Positions 50,000 through 63,900 of a stretch of 64,000 bases of DNA are shown here, piece after piece. The DNA comes from Chiloscyllium plagiosum. Lineage: Eukaryota. Where the stretch lies: contig NC_057719.1 of NCBI RefSeq assembly GCF_004010195.1, forward strand, positions 65,627,702 through 65,691,701, written 5' to 3'. The position numbers and the translations under genes are program-made. Positions within the stretch are counted from its first letter, which is position 1. Every line of letters starts with the position of its first letter. The notes beneath the pieces were generated by a model. The model was not told the DNA's origin. It ran no database searches and worked only from the letters and a program-made list of their open reading frames with translations.

Positions 50000-51480
50000 G
50001 GTGCCATTAGATGACCAACAAATTACTTACTACATTTATTACACTGTCTGGGAGATTTTGTATCAATAGACAGTCATTCAGGCTTAGCTCAGCCCTGCTT
50101 CCAACTGACTATCTCCAATCTGTTATAGGCATGATAATGTGTCATGTGGATAGCATATTGATATGTGGAGAACAGTGAAGAACATGACCAGCGTGTCCTT
50201 GCACTTTTAAAATGCTCACAAGCAAAGGACTTACCTTTGACGAAAAGTGAGAATGTTCTAAGAAGTTGATTTAGTTCTTGGAAATGCTATTGACAAAGGT
50301 GGACAACATAAAAATAATGAAGGAGTTTCCTACTTCAAAATCAGTTTGTGAACTACAAAGATTTTTGGGTATGGTAAACCTGTAGGCAAACATTTTGCCT
50401 CACTTGTCAATGACAACCTTCAGGCAATTCCTCAAGAAAACGCAAGAATAGTGCTCAGATATATGTCATTAGGATAATTTCAGAAAGATTAAGGGCATGC
50501 TGTTGTCTTGACATGTTCTAGCTCATTGATTCTATACAAACCATAGCGGTGGATGATTCAGCTCTTTCAGGAGCAGCATGATGAACATTGGAAGCTGGTG
50601 GATTATACCTCAAGGCATTTTCAGTTACTTGGTTAAAAGGAGGCTTTCTTGGGCACATGGACATTTGAGAGATCTTCAGACAAATCCTTGACCTCAAAGT
50701 CCTCCTAAATTCAAACTGTAACATGTTGATCTCCCAATAAGATGAGACATTAGATCGCAAAGATGCTTCCACTTTATAAGGTTTACCTACAAGACCAAAT
50801 ATGTACCAGGCAAGCTTCAAACAATGGTGGATGCATTGTTAAGAGTGACCATCAACAGTCTTATAATGACTAATGAGGAATTTGATCATATACTTGGATC
50901 ACAGCAACCCTATGGCCAGCAAGCTGAAACAGACTCAAACAAATTCAACAGGAACAAAAGGAAGACCGAGAATGTGTTATCATTTGCCAATATTTTGCCA
51001 AAGGTTGACCAGATCAAAGGCCTGCTAGGCTGACCATGAAAGCCTGTTTTGAGCATTTCAGCAAGACAGATGACTTGTGGATGTTTGATGAAAGGTTGGA
51101 CTTTACAGGATGATATCCTGGACATAACACACCAGGAAATCTTGGGGATAATCAAGTGCAGAGCCGAGGTTAGGGTGTTGGTCTGTTTGCCCAGGACTGC
51201 AAAGGAGATTGAGGATCTCAGAGCTAACTGTGAAACATGCTTTCACAGGTCAATGCAGACAGCCACTCATCATCCAATCTTTTCCCATCAGATTATGGGA
51301 AAGGATGGAAAGTGACCCATTTATGTGTAATAGGCTTACTCTATTGCACTTGAATATTTTTCACAGCGGATAGAGGTAAAATAGTTAAATACAACCATGA
51401 AAAAAAAGCATTTCCAGATGTGGTCATGCTGGACAATGGACCACAGTTTGCTACAAGGCTGTCAGCCAGTTTGTGGTCAT
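50000..51480 (+). mobile_element. Decayed Ty3/Gypsy pol (RT, connection, integrase)
   Basis: CHVDSILICG, EEHDQRV, ELQRFLGMVN, HQEILGIIKC...IEDLRANCETC, FPDVVMLDNGPQF. Confidence 0.8.
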
Positions 51481-53914
51481 TTCCTGATCTGAACATGTCA
51501 AATTCAGCATAGAAAAGAGGATTGGTGGCAGAGAAATACCACAGCTACAAGTCACTGCTGCTTGCTATTCAGAGTTTAATATGATACCAAACTGGTGATG
51601 TGGTTTGGGTGGGAATAAAGCATCTTAAGAATGCAGATCTTCAGATCTCATGGAGTAAAGGTCTCCTCATCATCATTGTGACATTATCTAATGAATGCAA
51701 CTTGTTACCTGTCAATAAATAAAATTTTGTTTGATTTAACAGCCTCACTTTTTAAAGACTCCCAGTTGTTGATTCTCCATCACTGTCAACTTACTCAGTC
51801 CTTAGACATGGTCAAGGGAAAATGAATTGGTTCCAACATCCTTCTGCCCACAAATGCCACAGAAAAGGAACAAAAATAAAATGTTCCACAAATATCCAAG
51901 TTAAGAATCAAGGTGTTTCGATGGCAATGTAAATAATTGGAGATCTCGTAGAGGCTTACACTCCAAATGTTCGACTGTATAGAATGAAAGAAAATGGAAG
52001 ACGTTTAAGAGTGATTGGAAGATTAACTTTGAAGAATCCCTTCAATTTGTGCATGTGATTTAACACAGAATCCATTCTTAAATAGGAAACACTTCAATCA
52101 AAATTAATTGAGCATAGAAGTGCATTCAAAATCTTTTTTTTAGCCATTAACCTGTTTATGGTAACATTTACAGAGCTTGTCGAAAGGAACTTTAACCACT
52201 GTCATATGTATCTTTGCGGCAATTTGAGAAACATTCTGCATTTGAGCACAGACTATCTAAGAAAATGCCACTATACAATTGTTATGGAACAATTCCATAT
52301 TAAGTGTTTCCAAAATTGTATTGTGGGACTCACAAACTGAGAAATCTTCAAAGTTGTGGCCATAAATTACTAACGTTGATCTACTTTAATTTAATTAGCC
52401 TACATCACAATTTCCTCACATTGTTTTTAGTTTCAAAGTCAGACTGTGGTCATCTATGCCAACATCTAACAATCAACCTCACTTCCACACAAGGAGCAAG
52501 TTGTTATGGAGGTGGTGGGGGTCTTAGCTGCCAAATACACAGCTGGCAAGAGCCCTTTTCCTTTTTTTCAGGAATATGCATTTTCTTCCACTCAGGTATT
52601 TGAGAGAAGCACCTTACCCTGAGACCAAGGACCCTAGAAGCAGAGAAACCAAGAGAAACCAGCCAACTGATGCCAGCTCTATCGAATGGCAGTGGTCACT
52701 CCATTACAACACCCATCTGAAGCCTAGGATTGTCCACGAGTCCCAGTGCTGAAAGTGAGTGGTATTGGGAGGCAGGTCATTGGGAGTGGCTTGTAAGGGT
52801 GTGGAATGGTTTAGAACAAAGATAGACAGCAGCAAGAGCAGGAAATGACTCTCAGTACACCTCTCCTTCTGCTGCCAGGTCTCTCAATTCGACTTTACAA
52901 GTCTTTGAATGAGGGAAACCTACTACCTCCTACCTTAGCCTGAAAAAAAATACACCGAGGCCTAAATTGATTGATGAATGGGAAGACCATCCATGAATGC
53001 TCTCCGCATCTTATAATAAGGGACAAAATGGGAATGTGGTAGGATCCTCACCCATCATCCTCCTGCCTGAGTTAACACATTTTCACCACCAATTTCACCC
53101 CCAATTAAATAGACAACATGGTTTTGAGAAAGGGAAATCATGATTACAAATGTTACAGTTCTTTGAGGATATAACTAGCAGAATTGATAAAGGGGAGCTG
53201 ATAAAAGGGAACTGACAGATAAAGTGTATTTGGAATTCCAGAGGCATTCAATAAGGTGCCATTTTCAAGGTTATCACACAAAATAGGAGCTCATGGTATT
53301 AGTGGTGTTGCATCAGAATGGTTGCAGGATTGGTAAACACACAGAAGACAGAGATTCAAGTATAATTAGTTTTTCTTTCAGGTTGTAACTACTAGACAAC
53401 CACAAGGACCACAATTATTTACTATCTATAATAATTACTTGTAGGAGGGCCAGAGTGCAATGTATCCAGGTTTGCTAATGATGCATGAGTAGGCTGGAGG
53501 GCATGTTGCAGTGAGGTTGTAAGGAATCTGCAAGGGGATGTGCATAAGTTGAGTCAGTGGCACAATCACAGCATTTGGAGTTTACTGAAGGAAGAATCAA
53601 AAGGCAGACGTCAACCTAAAAGGAGAGGGACTCCAAAACAAAAGCACAGTGCACAGGGAGCTGCGTGTTCTTGTGCATGAAACACCGCAAGTTAGCATGC
53701 AGGCAATTAAGAAAGCAAATGGAATCTTTATTGCTCAGGAATTGGAATTTAAAAAGCAGAGCAGTCTTGTTACAACTGTACAGGGTGTTGGCGGTACTGC
53801 ATCTGGATACTTCTGTTCAGGTTTGGTCCTTCTATTCAAGAAAAGTTCTACTAACATTGGAAGCTGTTCAGAACAGATTGGAATACCTGGGATTGTAGGG
53901 TTGACATGTCAAGA

Positions 53915-54007
53915 GTTGAAAGTGTGGTGCTGGAAAAGCGCAGCAGGCCAGGCAGCATCCGAAGAGCAGGAGAATCGACGTTTCTGGCATAAGCCCTTCT
54001 TCAGGAA
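53915..54007 (-). mobile_element. Short PLE fragment with 13-bp TSD
   Basis: TSD tgacatgtcaaga at 53902-53914 and 54008-54020. Confidence 0.9.
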
Positions 54008-54074
54008 TGACATGTCAAGAATCAAGGTCTTCGTTTGTTAGAGTTTAGAGGAATGACATTTCATTTGTTAGCTT

Positions 54075-54380
54075 AGATTAAATTCCCTACAGTATGGAAA
54101 CAGGCCCTACTGCCCAACAAGTCCACACCAATCCCCTGAAGAGTAACCAACCCAGATCCATTCCCCTACCCTATATTTACCTCTGACTAATGCACCTAAC
54201 ACTATGGGCAATTTAGCATGGCCAATTCACCTGACCTACACATCTTTGCACTGTGGGAGGGAAGCTACACAGATACAGGGAGAATGTGCAAACTCCACAC
54301 AGACAGTCGCCTGAGGCAGGAATCGACCCTGCATCCCTGGCACTGTGAAGCAGCAATGCTCACCACTGAGCCACCGTGCC
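54075..54380 (-). mobile_element. HE1-type SINE
   Basis: Similar to 27410-27730. Confidence 0.85.
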
Positions 54381-54949
54381 AGGTGATGTAACTGAAACGC
54401 ACACGATCCTGAGGGTACCTGATAAAGTAGGTTGAGATGATGCTTCCAAGTCTGAGGGAATCTTGAACAATGGGATTTAGTTACAGAACAAGGGAACACA
54501 TATTTAAAACTGAGATGCAAAGGAATTTATCTGGACTGTCTAGAAAGTTCCACCCAGAGCTTGTGAAGGCTAGATCATCCAAAGTATTTACAGAGGAGGC
54601 AGATAGGTTTTTGAAATACTGGAGAGTTGATAGCTAAGGCAAGTTTGCATAAAAGGGGCGTTGAGGCCTGTGACAGATCAATCATGATCCTGTTGGATGA
54701 CAGGGCAGGCTTGAGGAGCCGATTAGCCTCCTCCTCCTGTTTCTTATTTCTTATGTTCTTATAGGGAGACACAGCATTCTGTCCATGATTTCAAACACAA
54801 CTGTTCTCACTATCCCTTTACGCCTTGTCATGATATGTGAAACTGGAGACTGGACCCATGCCAGCGTTCTCCATTTGAGAGTGGTATAATAATATCTTTA
54901 CTGTCTGCATGGTATTATAACTGTATTTTAAAATAATAGCCATGGATAA

Positions 54950-56000
54950 GTATGACGTTGTTGGCAATTACTCACTAACGAGTGTGATTGTCCACCTAGG
55001 AGATTCCATGTGACTGGTCATGGGTTCTAGGATTTTTTACCTGGCGAATGAGCCCTATCCAACAGTCGCATCTCTAACCACATGTTTGACAGGTAATTCT
55101 GGGAGGTGGAGTTGGTCCTTGGCCTTGAGATCACTGGCATTGCACTCTCTGGTTCCTTGTTCCTTTTCCGTTCTTCCTATTGTGGATGGGTGTTCTCGAA
55201 GAATTGTGTCTCTTAACACAGGAGTTTGTTCCAAATTGGTTTCTCCTGAACCAGGGTCTCCCATGTGTTGACATCTCTGTTGTGTTTCCTAAGGGAAGTC
55301 TTTGGAGAGTCTTTGACATGCGTCCTTTGTCCTCTTCTCATTCAAGTGCTTTCCTTGAGCCAGGTGAGAATGATTTGCTCTGGCAGTCAGACCTCAAGCA
55401 TCGTAAATGCATCCCCTCCCCCCCTCAGCCCAGCATAGCAAAGTTAATTTCAGATGACCAAGGTCTTGATGCTAGTGCTATTAGCTCCTTCATGGACGCT
55501 GATGCAGAGAATCTGTCTCAAACAGCATCAATGGTAGTTCTCAAGGGTCTTAAGTTTTGAGACATATAGAAGAGTCAAAGGGATGACTACCTTCAACACA
55601 AGTACTTGGTATCAGCAAGGATGGCATGGTCATCAAAGATTCTCATCTGTAGGCATCCAAAAGTGACATTCGCAGTGTGGTGGATCTGGATGCCCATTCC
55701 TCATGGCCATGCTTGGCCTTGGTTTTATCAAAGGATCCATTGTCGGTGGGTCTGTACCATTCCTCCTGGCAGCAGTTTCAGTGGCTATAGCAGTGGCGGC
55801 ATGGTGGTTCTGGTTCATTCCTCATTGCTAGGGTGACAATATGGTGACTTCAGGTGGCGACTGAAGTGGCGATGGCTTCAGTATCAGTGACTTGGTGGGT
55901 TTGGTCTGTCTCTCCTTGCTATGGCAGCGAAGCAGTGGACTTGGTATCAGCTTCAGTGCTGGCAGCGTAGTGGCTCTGGTCCGGAAATCCTTGCTTTGGC
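54950..56000 (-). mobile_element. Decayed RTE-clade LINE
   Basis: KVVIPLTLLYVS...LKTLENYH*CCLRQIL...SIKTLVI, the pattern of an RTE C-terminus. Confidence 0.6.
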
Positions 56001-56456
56001 AGCTTTGGCAACTGCATCCCGTAGCCGCTTTATAAACCCAGATTGCCATGGAGGAACAAAGGATGAACTACATCCTAACTTTGTCTCAATTATTGGTTTT
56101 TATAATTTCTGTAATTAAAATGATGTCTTTTTCTCATCAATTTACCAGCCAAAGATGCATTTATCCACGAGAGCATTAGCAGGAATCACCATCACCCAGT
56201 CCTTGTAAAACATGAAGTCCCACCTTCATACTGAGGATACCTCCCACCATATTATGTGGCACCAGGACTGCACTAAACAGGATAGAAACAGAACAGATTG
56301 GGCAGTTGTAAAATGGGCATTCAGGAAGCACTATGGTTTTCAGCAGCAACAGAGCTGTATTAAGGCTCAAGCTGTTATTTTCTGCTCCAACTCTACCATG
56401 ACCATCATATTATAGTTCAAGCATGGTTCAAAGAGGAGAACAGGTCAGATGCAGAA

Positions 56457-56550
56457 CCTGATGAAGGGCTTCTGCCCAAAATGTCAGTTTTCCTGCTCCT
56501 CGGATGCTGCCTGACCTGCTGTGCTTTTCCAGCACCACTCTAATCTTGAC
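56457..56550 (+). mobile_element. Short PLE fragment with 12-bp TSD
   Basis: TSD tcagatgcagaa at 56445-56456 and 56551-56562. Confidence 0.9.
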
Positions 56551-57209
56551 TCAGATGCAGAAACATGCAGAGCCAACCAGAAGGTACCAACCTGGTGAAG
56601 CAATAATATTAGATTTCCACATATTAAATATTGGAAGTAAAATGCAAAGAGATAATTAACAAACTTGAAACCAATGGATCTGAATGAAGCTGATAAATCC
56701 TGAACATCCAGTTGCTTAGCAGTAGGCGTTTATATAACTAATGGAAAGAGGAGGCTCTATTTATACTTTATCCTCAGTGATGGAAAAGTCCAGAAAAAGT
56801 GTGCAAAAGATATGACTGAAGCATTTTCAGTCATCTTCAGTCAGAAGTGGTACTCCAGTTTGGCCTCCTCCAGTGGTCCCAGCATAACAAACTCAACCTT
56901 CAGTCAAATGAATGCACTTCATGTGATAATTGGATGTGTTGAGCACATTAGATACAGCAAGAACTGTGGGCTCTGACAGCATGCCAACTGTAGTGTTGAA
57001 AATTTGTGCTCTAAAACTCACGGTACCTCAATCTTGAGAAACTGTACTTGTACCGTTATGATACTGACATCCACTTGATGAAATGGAAAATTACCTGATT
57101 ATGATCTGTCTATAAAAGGTGAATAAATTCAAGCTGACCAGTTACTGTCCCTTCAGTTAACTCCCGATCATCAAAGTGATGGACGGTACTGCTAAGCATT
57201 ATCAAAGAC

Positions 57210-57950
57210 AGATTCTGGATTAGTGGTGCTGGAAGAGCACAGCAGTTCAGGCAGCATCCAAGGAGCTTTGAAATTGACATTTCGGGCAAAAGCCCTTCAT
57301 CAGGAATAAAGGCAGTGAGCCTGAAGCGTGAAGAGATAAGCTAGGGGAGGGTGGGGGTGGGGAGAGAGTAGCATAGAGTACAATGGGTGAGTGGGGGAGG
57401 AGATGAAGGTGGAGGAGAGGGTGGAGTGCATAGGTGGAAAAGGAGCTAGGCAGGTCGGACAAGTCCGGACAAGTCATGGGGACAGTGCTGAGCTGGAAGT
57501 TTGAAACTAGGATGAGGTGGGGGAAGGGGAAATGAGGAAGCTATTGAAGTCCACATTGATGCCCTGCGGTTGAAGTGTTCCCAGACAGAAGATGAGGCGT
57601 ACTTCCTCCAGGCGTCTGGTGGTGTGGGAGCGGCGGTGAAGGAGGCCCAGGACCTCCATGTCCTCGGCAGAGTGGGACGAGGAGTTGAAATGTTGGGCCA
57701 CAGGGCGGTGTGGTTGATTGGTGCGGGTGTCCCAGAGATGTTCCCTAAAGCGCTCTGCTAGGAGGCGTCCAGTCTCCCCAATGTAGAGGAGACCGCCTCG
57801 GGAGCAACGTATACAATAAATGATATTAGTGGATGTGCAAGTAAAACTTGGATGGATGTGGAAGGCTCCTTTAGGGCCTTGGATAGAGGTGAGGGAGGAG
57901 GTGTGGGCGCAGGTTTTACAGTTCCTGCAGTGGCAGGGGAAAGTGCCAGT
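57210..57950 (-). mobile_element. Penelope-like element: GIY-YIG endonuclease, 3' UTR and HHR
   Basis: CRNCKTC...FTCTSTNIIYCIRCSRGGLLYIGETGRLLAERFREH...VAQHFN...LIFCLGTLQPQGIN; HHR core at ~57280-57303. Confidence 0.93.
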
Positions 57951-60900
57951 TCACCAGTGCTGATTTTATGTTTCACTCGAACCATTCAGCTCTCGACCTC
58001 AATACAGATTTGGAGTGAATATGTACAAAAGGACTTCATTTCAATGAGGTGAGATCAAAGTAACTTACCTTGCTATCAAGGCAGCACTTGACAAGTGTGG
58101 TACCAAGGAACCCTAGTAAAATTGCAGTCACTGGGAATCAGGGGGTTTATTGGAACTACACTCAATCAGTCAAGTTCAGAGTAGTCCATCAGATTCATGA
58201 TTTGTAGATGGTGGACTGTCTTTGGGGAGTCAGGAAGTGAGTTATTTAGTCCAGAATTCCTAGCTCTGACCAGCTTTCGCAATTATAGAGTTTATATTTT
58301 AATGATGTCCTTCCCTCAAGCCTCAGAATGCTGATCATGAAGGATTCAGTAGCTCAGATTACATCTCTCATCCTGTTGTGTCACAGGTCCACCAGCTTTC
58401 TAGGTCTCAGAAAACCCTGCAGCCACATGGAGATCACGATAACTGCAGAGGTACCATTAGATTCTTATCTAGCATTGCCTATGGGTCAGAGGGAATACAG
58501 CAATTTACCCGCACACACCACTTCCCAGTTCCCATGGCAAACATTTTAATAACGTCACCCCTCAATCTTCCCATGTTCTACAACGTCCTCTTCCCTTACT
58601 CCCCCACCACCTTCAAACACCTACATTTTCTACATGTATTCCATGACCTCCTCCACTCCTAGCCCACAAATCGATGTCCTCCACATCCCTCATCTCCCTC
58701 ACAACTCCATCAATGCTTCTGTTATTCTGCATTACCTTCGCACTCCTAACCAGTATCCTCTCTTCTCCCCAATTTCTCTGACTCTGCCATTGGTTTTCCC
58801 TCTTCAAAAAACCCATGATATCTCCTTCCCCCCCCCTCACTTCCCAGCTGTGGCCTGAATGTCAGGAAGACCTGAAGGAAACCCATTCTTTCAGATTTCT
58901 GCTCTGCACCCTTGCTTCCCAACCTTTTCGTTAATATTGGAATCTTACTCTCCAATGTTTATCGAGGCTTTCTTACTCCCTCCAATAACCTGTACCACCT
59001 TATTCTCGTCTACAGGGTTGTACATTCAAATTAACGTGTGAGTTACACACCCATTCTACAAATTTTGTAAATTTGTTCTACTTTATTGTAGTGTTTCTCA
59101 GCATCAGCTAAATGTTCCAGTTCATTATCTTCTGCAAATTTCAGTATTGCACCTCTGATTCCTAACTCAAAATCATGTATGTAACAGTGAGCAATCTAGT
59201 TCCCAAAAGTGATTCCTGTAGAAGACCACTTCTCGGCTGCTGCTGGTTTGAATAATTATCTTTAACTTCTATTGCAATTTTCTATTTTGTGGAATATTTG
59301 CTAACCTATCCCATAAGTCCATATGTTCCAAACTTAGCTTTAAACAAAAGTCTTTTGAAACTCCAATTGTATCATACCTGTTGCATTATTTTTGAAGAAT
59401 TCAATAAGATTGTTCAAATGTGAATTCCTATCTTGGAATCTGGACTATTTATTATATGTTCAGCTTTGAGAGTTTCCTTTTTCTGTTGCACTTTTGAGGA
59501 AAGATTTTCTTATTTTTCCTATTACTAGCATTAAGCTAACTAACTATCATTCCTGGATTTGCTCCATTTCCCTTTTTAAATATACAAATGATATTAGGAA
59601 TATAGGCACATTTCTGTGAACCTGATTTGAACACACCTTGAATGATATAGAATGATTTGAAATGAATTGGAAAATAAAGCTAAACAGCTGCAGCTGATAC
59701 TTTTCTCTGATTGATCATTTTTAACATAAATGCAAATTATTTTGCTTATGGCATCATGTTTCTTACCTAACCTTTCAGTTACCAATCCAGTATTAAAGCT
59801 TAATACACTCCATCACTCACTATGATGGGATACAACACATCCACTGCTGAACACTGTATAATGCATTTTTAAAGAGAATTACAAGATAATGCTAATTTTT
59901 ACATGGTGTTTGAGTTTCTTTCTTTTTTTCTATTAGCATTTTATTCTTCTGTAAATTATTTTTGCTAATATAATTTAATAACACATTGCATAATGACTAG
60001 TTATTACTGATGTCATAGTCATTCCTAGCTTGAATGGTAAGCATCAAACTTGATGATTTAGACAAAATTGGCTCGATGCCCAAATGTCAATTTGTCAGGT
60101 TTAAGGAAGTCAGTGCCTCAACCAAAATGGATGGGCTTTCAATTCATTTTTTTCTGACATGTTATCATATCTGCCACTTGCAACATGCATATGGAGAAAT
60201 TATACAACATTGCCTGTTCCTGAAGCCTGGTCATCTCAGGACAACAACTCGAATCCATAGATGGAGCAGTCTCACTTTTGAATTTAATTACCCATGCTAT
60301 TTCAAACTACATAAAACCAAAGGAATGACTATTTTTGTCACAGTAACCTTATTATATGTTTTCACTCTACAAGCCTGGATCACATCTGTTTTTCTACGGT
60401 CAACTGAAATTAAAAATTATTTCATAGCTTTCAATGGATGGCTGAACACATAGTGCAACCAGTTCGTGTAAATGAAAATAAAACCACTATGGCCTGACCA
60501 CCGCAGTCACTTTCCTATAAGTACTATTGAATTATGCAGAAAAAAATAAGAAAAATGATGGTAGCTTGTACATTAAAAATGAAAAGTGTTCTCTTTACAG
60601 TAACAATTTACTATTGCAAACACTCTAAAAGTTATGACAATCCAGCTGGCAGATGTATCTGTGGACATTTTACTGCTCTTTGGCAGGGTTACTGGGTGCA
60701 TGTCTGAAGATTGTGTTAAATCCTCTAGCCAGCCAGCTTGCCAACCTCTCAAAGAGTGGGACTCACCCCAGGAGCCCACTGGAGAGCAGGTATCAGTTGA
60801 GACTTTAATTTTTGTTCGATCTCCAAATCAGAGTCCAACAGTCTGGCACTGCAGCAACTGCACCACCCACATGATGTCATGCTGTAATAAATAAACTGTT

Positions 60901-61779
60901 TCAGAAGCAGCATTCCTCTCAGACTCCATTTAACTAGTATTATTTTGATTTAGCAGACATGTTCTCTATTCCTCAGTGTACACTTTACAGGGAGCCACTC
61001 TTGCATTGGGCAATAGTGGAGCCTCCTGAAAATTTTAACGTTTCAATTTCAATTCAAGCATCCCTCCCATTGAGGTTTCTGTGTCAGAACAAGAAAATAA
61101 AATTGCAGTTGAAAGCAGCAAAGCAGAATTTCCTTAAGTTTTCAGATTAGTAAACTGGAATAATCCAGTGGGCATTTTTCTTTGATTAATGGTGTGCTTT
61201 TGGTAAAAAATGTGTGGATCTGTGCATCTGCATGCAAATCCCTTTCCTCTCACATACTTTGGCTTTAGTGACTAGGGACTCTTTGCAACATCAGCACAAA
61301 TAAACAAAGCATTTAAAATGAACATTTTCATTTTTATCTAGCTGTTACTTGTTTAAACTGAATTAACTTCAATGTGTATCTTTCACTGTAAAAACATTTC
61401 TGGTTTTGCTCTTAGAGTGTACACTGTGTGTCTGTAGCGCACCCAAGTGGTTACTCATGATTTTTAAAAAAGTATTCTTATTCCCCTGCAGATAAATTTG
61501 ACAAGAAAGTGCAAAAATATATCATGCACAATATATTGCAACTTTAGTATATTACCCAGTAGTGGAACAGATATCAACAATAATTTATGTTAGCTTGCTG
61601 TAATATACTAAATACATATTTATGCTGAAAACCACTGAGATTAGTGTCTCACTGTATAAAGCAGTACTTATAGAAATTACTGAAGCAAACTATCTTAAAA
61701 AGACACTCAGAAGTCAGGGAGCATGCTAATTCTATCCACATACACTGAATTCCAGAGACAAGGACAACTACCCTGACTC

Positions 61780-62180
61780 AACAAATCACTGAATGAATGA
61801 TGGCCATGTACCAAAATATCTTGTGGGATCACAATCTTCTGGGCATCATACCGTCGCTAATGAAACTGAAGCCACAAAAGAAATATGAGGATGACAGGTA
61901 TGATCACTGACAATTGGGAGATGGCCATGACCTCCGGAGACTAACCGTTTCGGAAGGCATTGGGAAAGGGGAAGCAGAAACAAAGGGCTGGCCAAGAAGG
62001 AGCCTTGGAAAAACAGAGGACGGTGATCTGCACCTTTGCATCCCATCGCATTCCTCTGCATCAAATGCAGCTAAGACTACCATAACAGAATTGAGCTCTT
62101 GACCAGACTAGTGGCTTATAAAAGACTTGACCACCCAAGGAGCAAACCATCACCTTAGAAGATGGAAGGTTTCCATATAT
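61780..62180 (+). mobile_element. Decayed RTE LINE 3' end
   Basis: FLCIKCS*DYHNRIEL resembles the RTE terminal CxxC...HSRIGL motif. Confidence 0.5.
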
Positions 62181-63539
62181 ATTGAGGTCTTAAAGGAAGG
62201 TGTGTTCATTACTATCCACAAAGAAGAGGAAGAATGATCACTTAATCTTGTAATTGAATACAGGAGTCTGGCTGTTCTAACTAATCGGGCGTATAACAGG
62301 GACCTTAAGTGCTCCAGGTTTCTCCAAGTAAAGAAAATTGCTCAAGGACCCTGTTTATTTACTAGCCATATGTAGTTATTCTTGAGAGTAACTTGAGAAT
62401 AACATAGCAGGTCAGCCTGCTATGTGAAGTGCCATGGCCCTTATGGTGACAATCTTCTTACCTTGTAACAAAGAAAGACTGACAACCTGTGCCCATGGTC
62501 ATGATGATGTATGACTTGAAGGCCCACTTGGATATGTTGTGTTCTTTTGCACCCACTGCTGTTATCCTTCCAAATGTTCAAGGTTGCAGGTTTAGGAGAT
62601 GCGGTCAGAGAAACCTTAGACACTGTACGCCAATGGTAGGTAAAGTAATGAGCAGATGTTTATGATGATAAATGCCAATAAAACATACTGCTTTGCCCCT
62701 GATAATGTCAAACCTTAAAGTGTTTTTGGAGCTGGACTCATCCAGACAAGTGAAGAGTATCAGAAAGACATATCAGAAAGAGAGTCATTTACTACAAAAT
62801 GCTCAGCCTCACAGCTACCCTTTTTGCCCTGAAGGTTGTTAATTTGAGTTTCTGGACAATCCTACTCTTGAATGTCAAGAGGGATTAGACTTACTCTCAT
62901 GAAAGTAGATCCGTATCTGAGACTCCTGTGGTTGAAGTGTTGCTTGCTACTTAACTATCTAATATTAGTTATTGACCAGATTTTGCTGCATGAAGGCAAA
63001 GACTGTTTAATCTTATGCAAACATTTCAAATGGAGCTGAACACCGCAATCATTAGTGAACATCTGTTTTATGATGGAAGAAGGTAATTGTTGAAGCAGTT
63101 GGAATTGGAATGGATCCCTAAGGAGTTCCTTCAACAATGTCATGGAGTTGATATGTACAGTTTCCAACAACCACAACCATCGCCCTTTGTGTTAGGTATT
63201 TCTCTAGCCAATCAAAACTTTATCCCCAACCACAGCTCTCTGTACCAGACTGCTAAATATTGCCTTGATGTCAAAGTGCAGTTATTCTACTTCATCTCTG
63301 GGATTTAGATCCATATTGGACAGAGACTGTAATGAACTCTGGACTGAGTGATTCTGGAAGAACTGAAACAAAGCAGTATTGAGCTAATGTTACTTAAAGC
63401 GCTGTTGATGTTTTGTTTTTCATTCCCATCACTTGTCTGATAACTGTGAATAGACGGTTAAGGTGATAACTGTCCGTCTTTGATTTGCCCTGCTGTTTTG
63501 TAAATATACATACTACTCAGGAAATTGTCAGTATTGCAG

Positions 63540-63900
63540 AAAGAAAGAAAATAACTTTCATTGATATTGCATGTTCACAACCACTGGATGTCTCAAAGTG
63601 CTTTATTGTTAGTGAAGTCATTGCTGTAATGGAGGAAATACAGCAGTCAATTTAATCACAGCAAACTCCTGCAAACAGTAATGTAGTAATAGCCAAATAA
63701 TGAATTGTTTAAGTGTAAACATTGGTCCAGACACTGGACCTTGTCGATTTTACTTTAAAATGATACCATATGATCTTTTACATCCATTAACAAGGGCAGG
63801 TTGGACCTCGGTTTAACTTTGCAATTGAAAGACCTCTCTTCTGATGGTGCTGTACTCTTCTTTTTTGTGCACACATTCTGGAGTGGGGTTTGAACCTGGA
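63540..63900 (-). mobile_element. DeuSINE/SacSINE1-like SINE
   Basis: ggatgtctcaaagtgcttta...cacagcaaactcc...caaacag...gatcttttacatcca...ggagtggggtttgaacc. Confidence 0.6.

Larger units (their letters stand above)
53110..54745 (+). mobile_element. Decayed CR1 RT and 3' end with nested PLE and SINE
   Basis: LQFFEDITSRIDKG, FAND, LLQLYRVL motifs. Confidence 0.8.
31790..60881 (-). pseudogene. Decayed multi-exon gene 'B' with a possibly TPR-like C-terminus, unidentified
   Basis: AG/GT-bounded blocks at 60881-60767, 59853-59821, 48281-47546, 46449-43972 (split by a LINE), 40363-40312, 40034-39701, 35071-34801, 34469-34439, 32708-32456, 32341-32220 and 32038-~31790. The last exons join in phase: LGIWNEHGDVCELR|SESYTNLS*IE...AYCLQWF|ASDERNT...WLH*TRKIEMVELITICKDLIIDSMCHFGDGHFLT. 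Confidence 0.5.
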
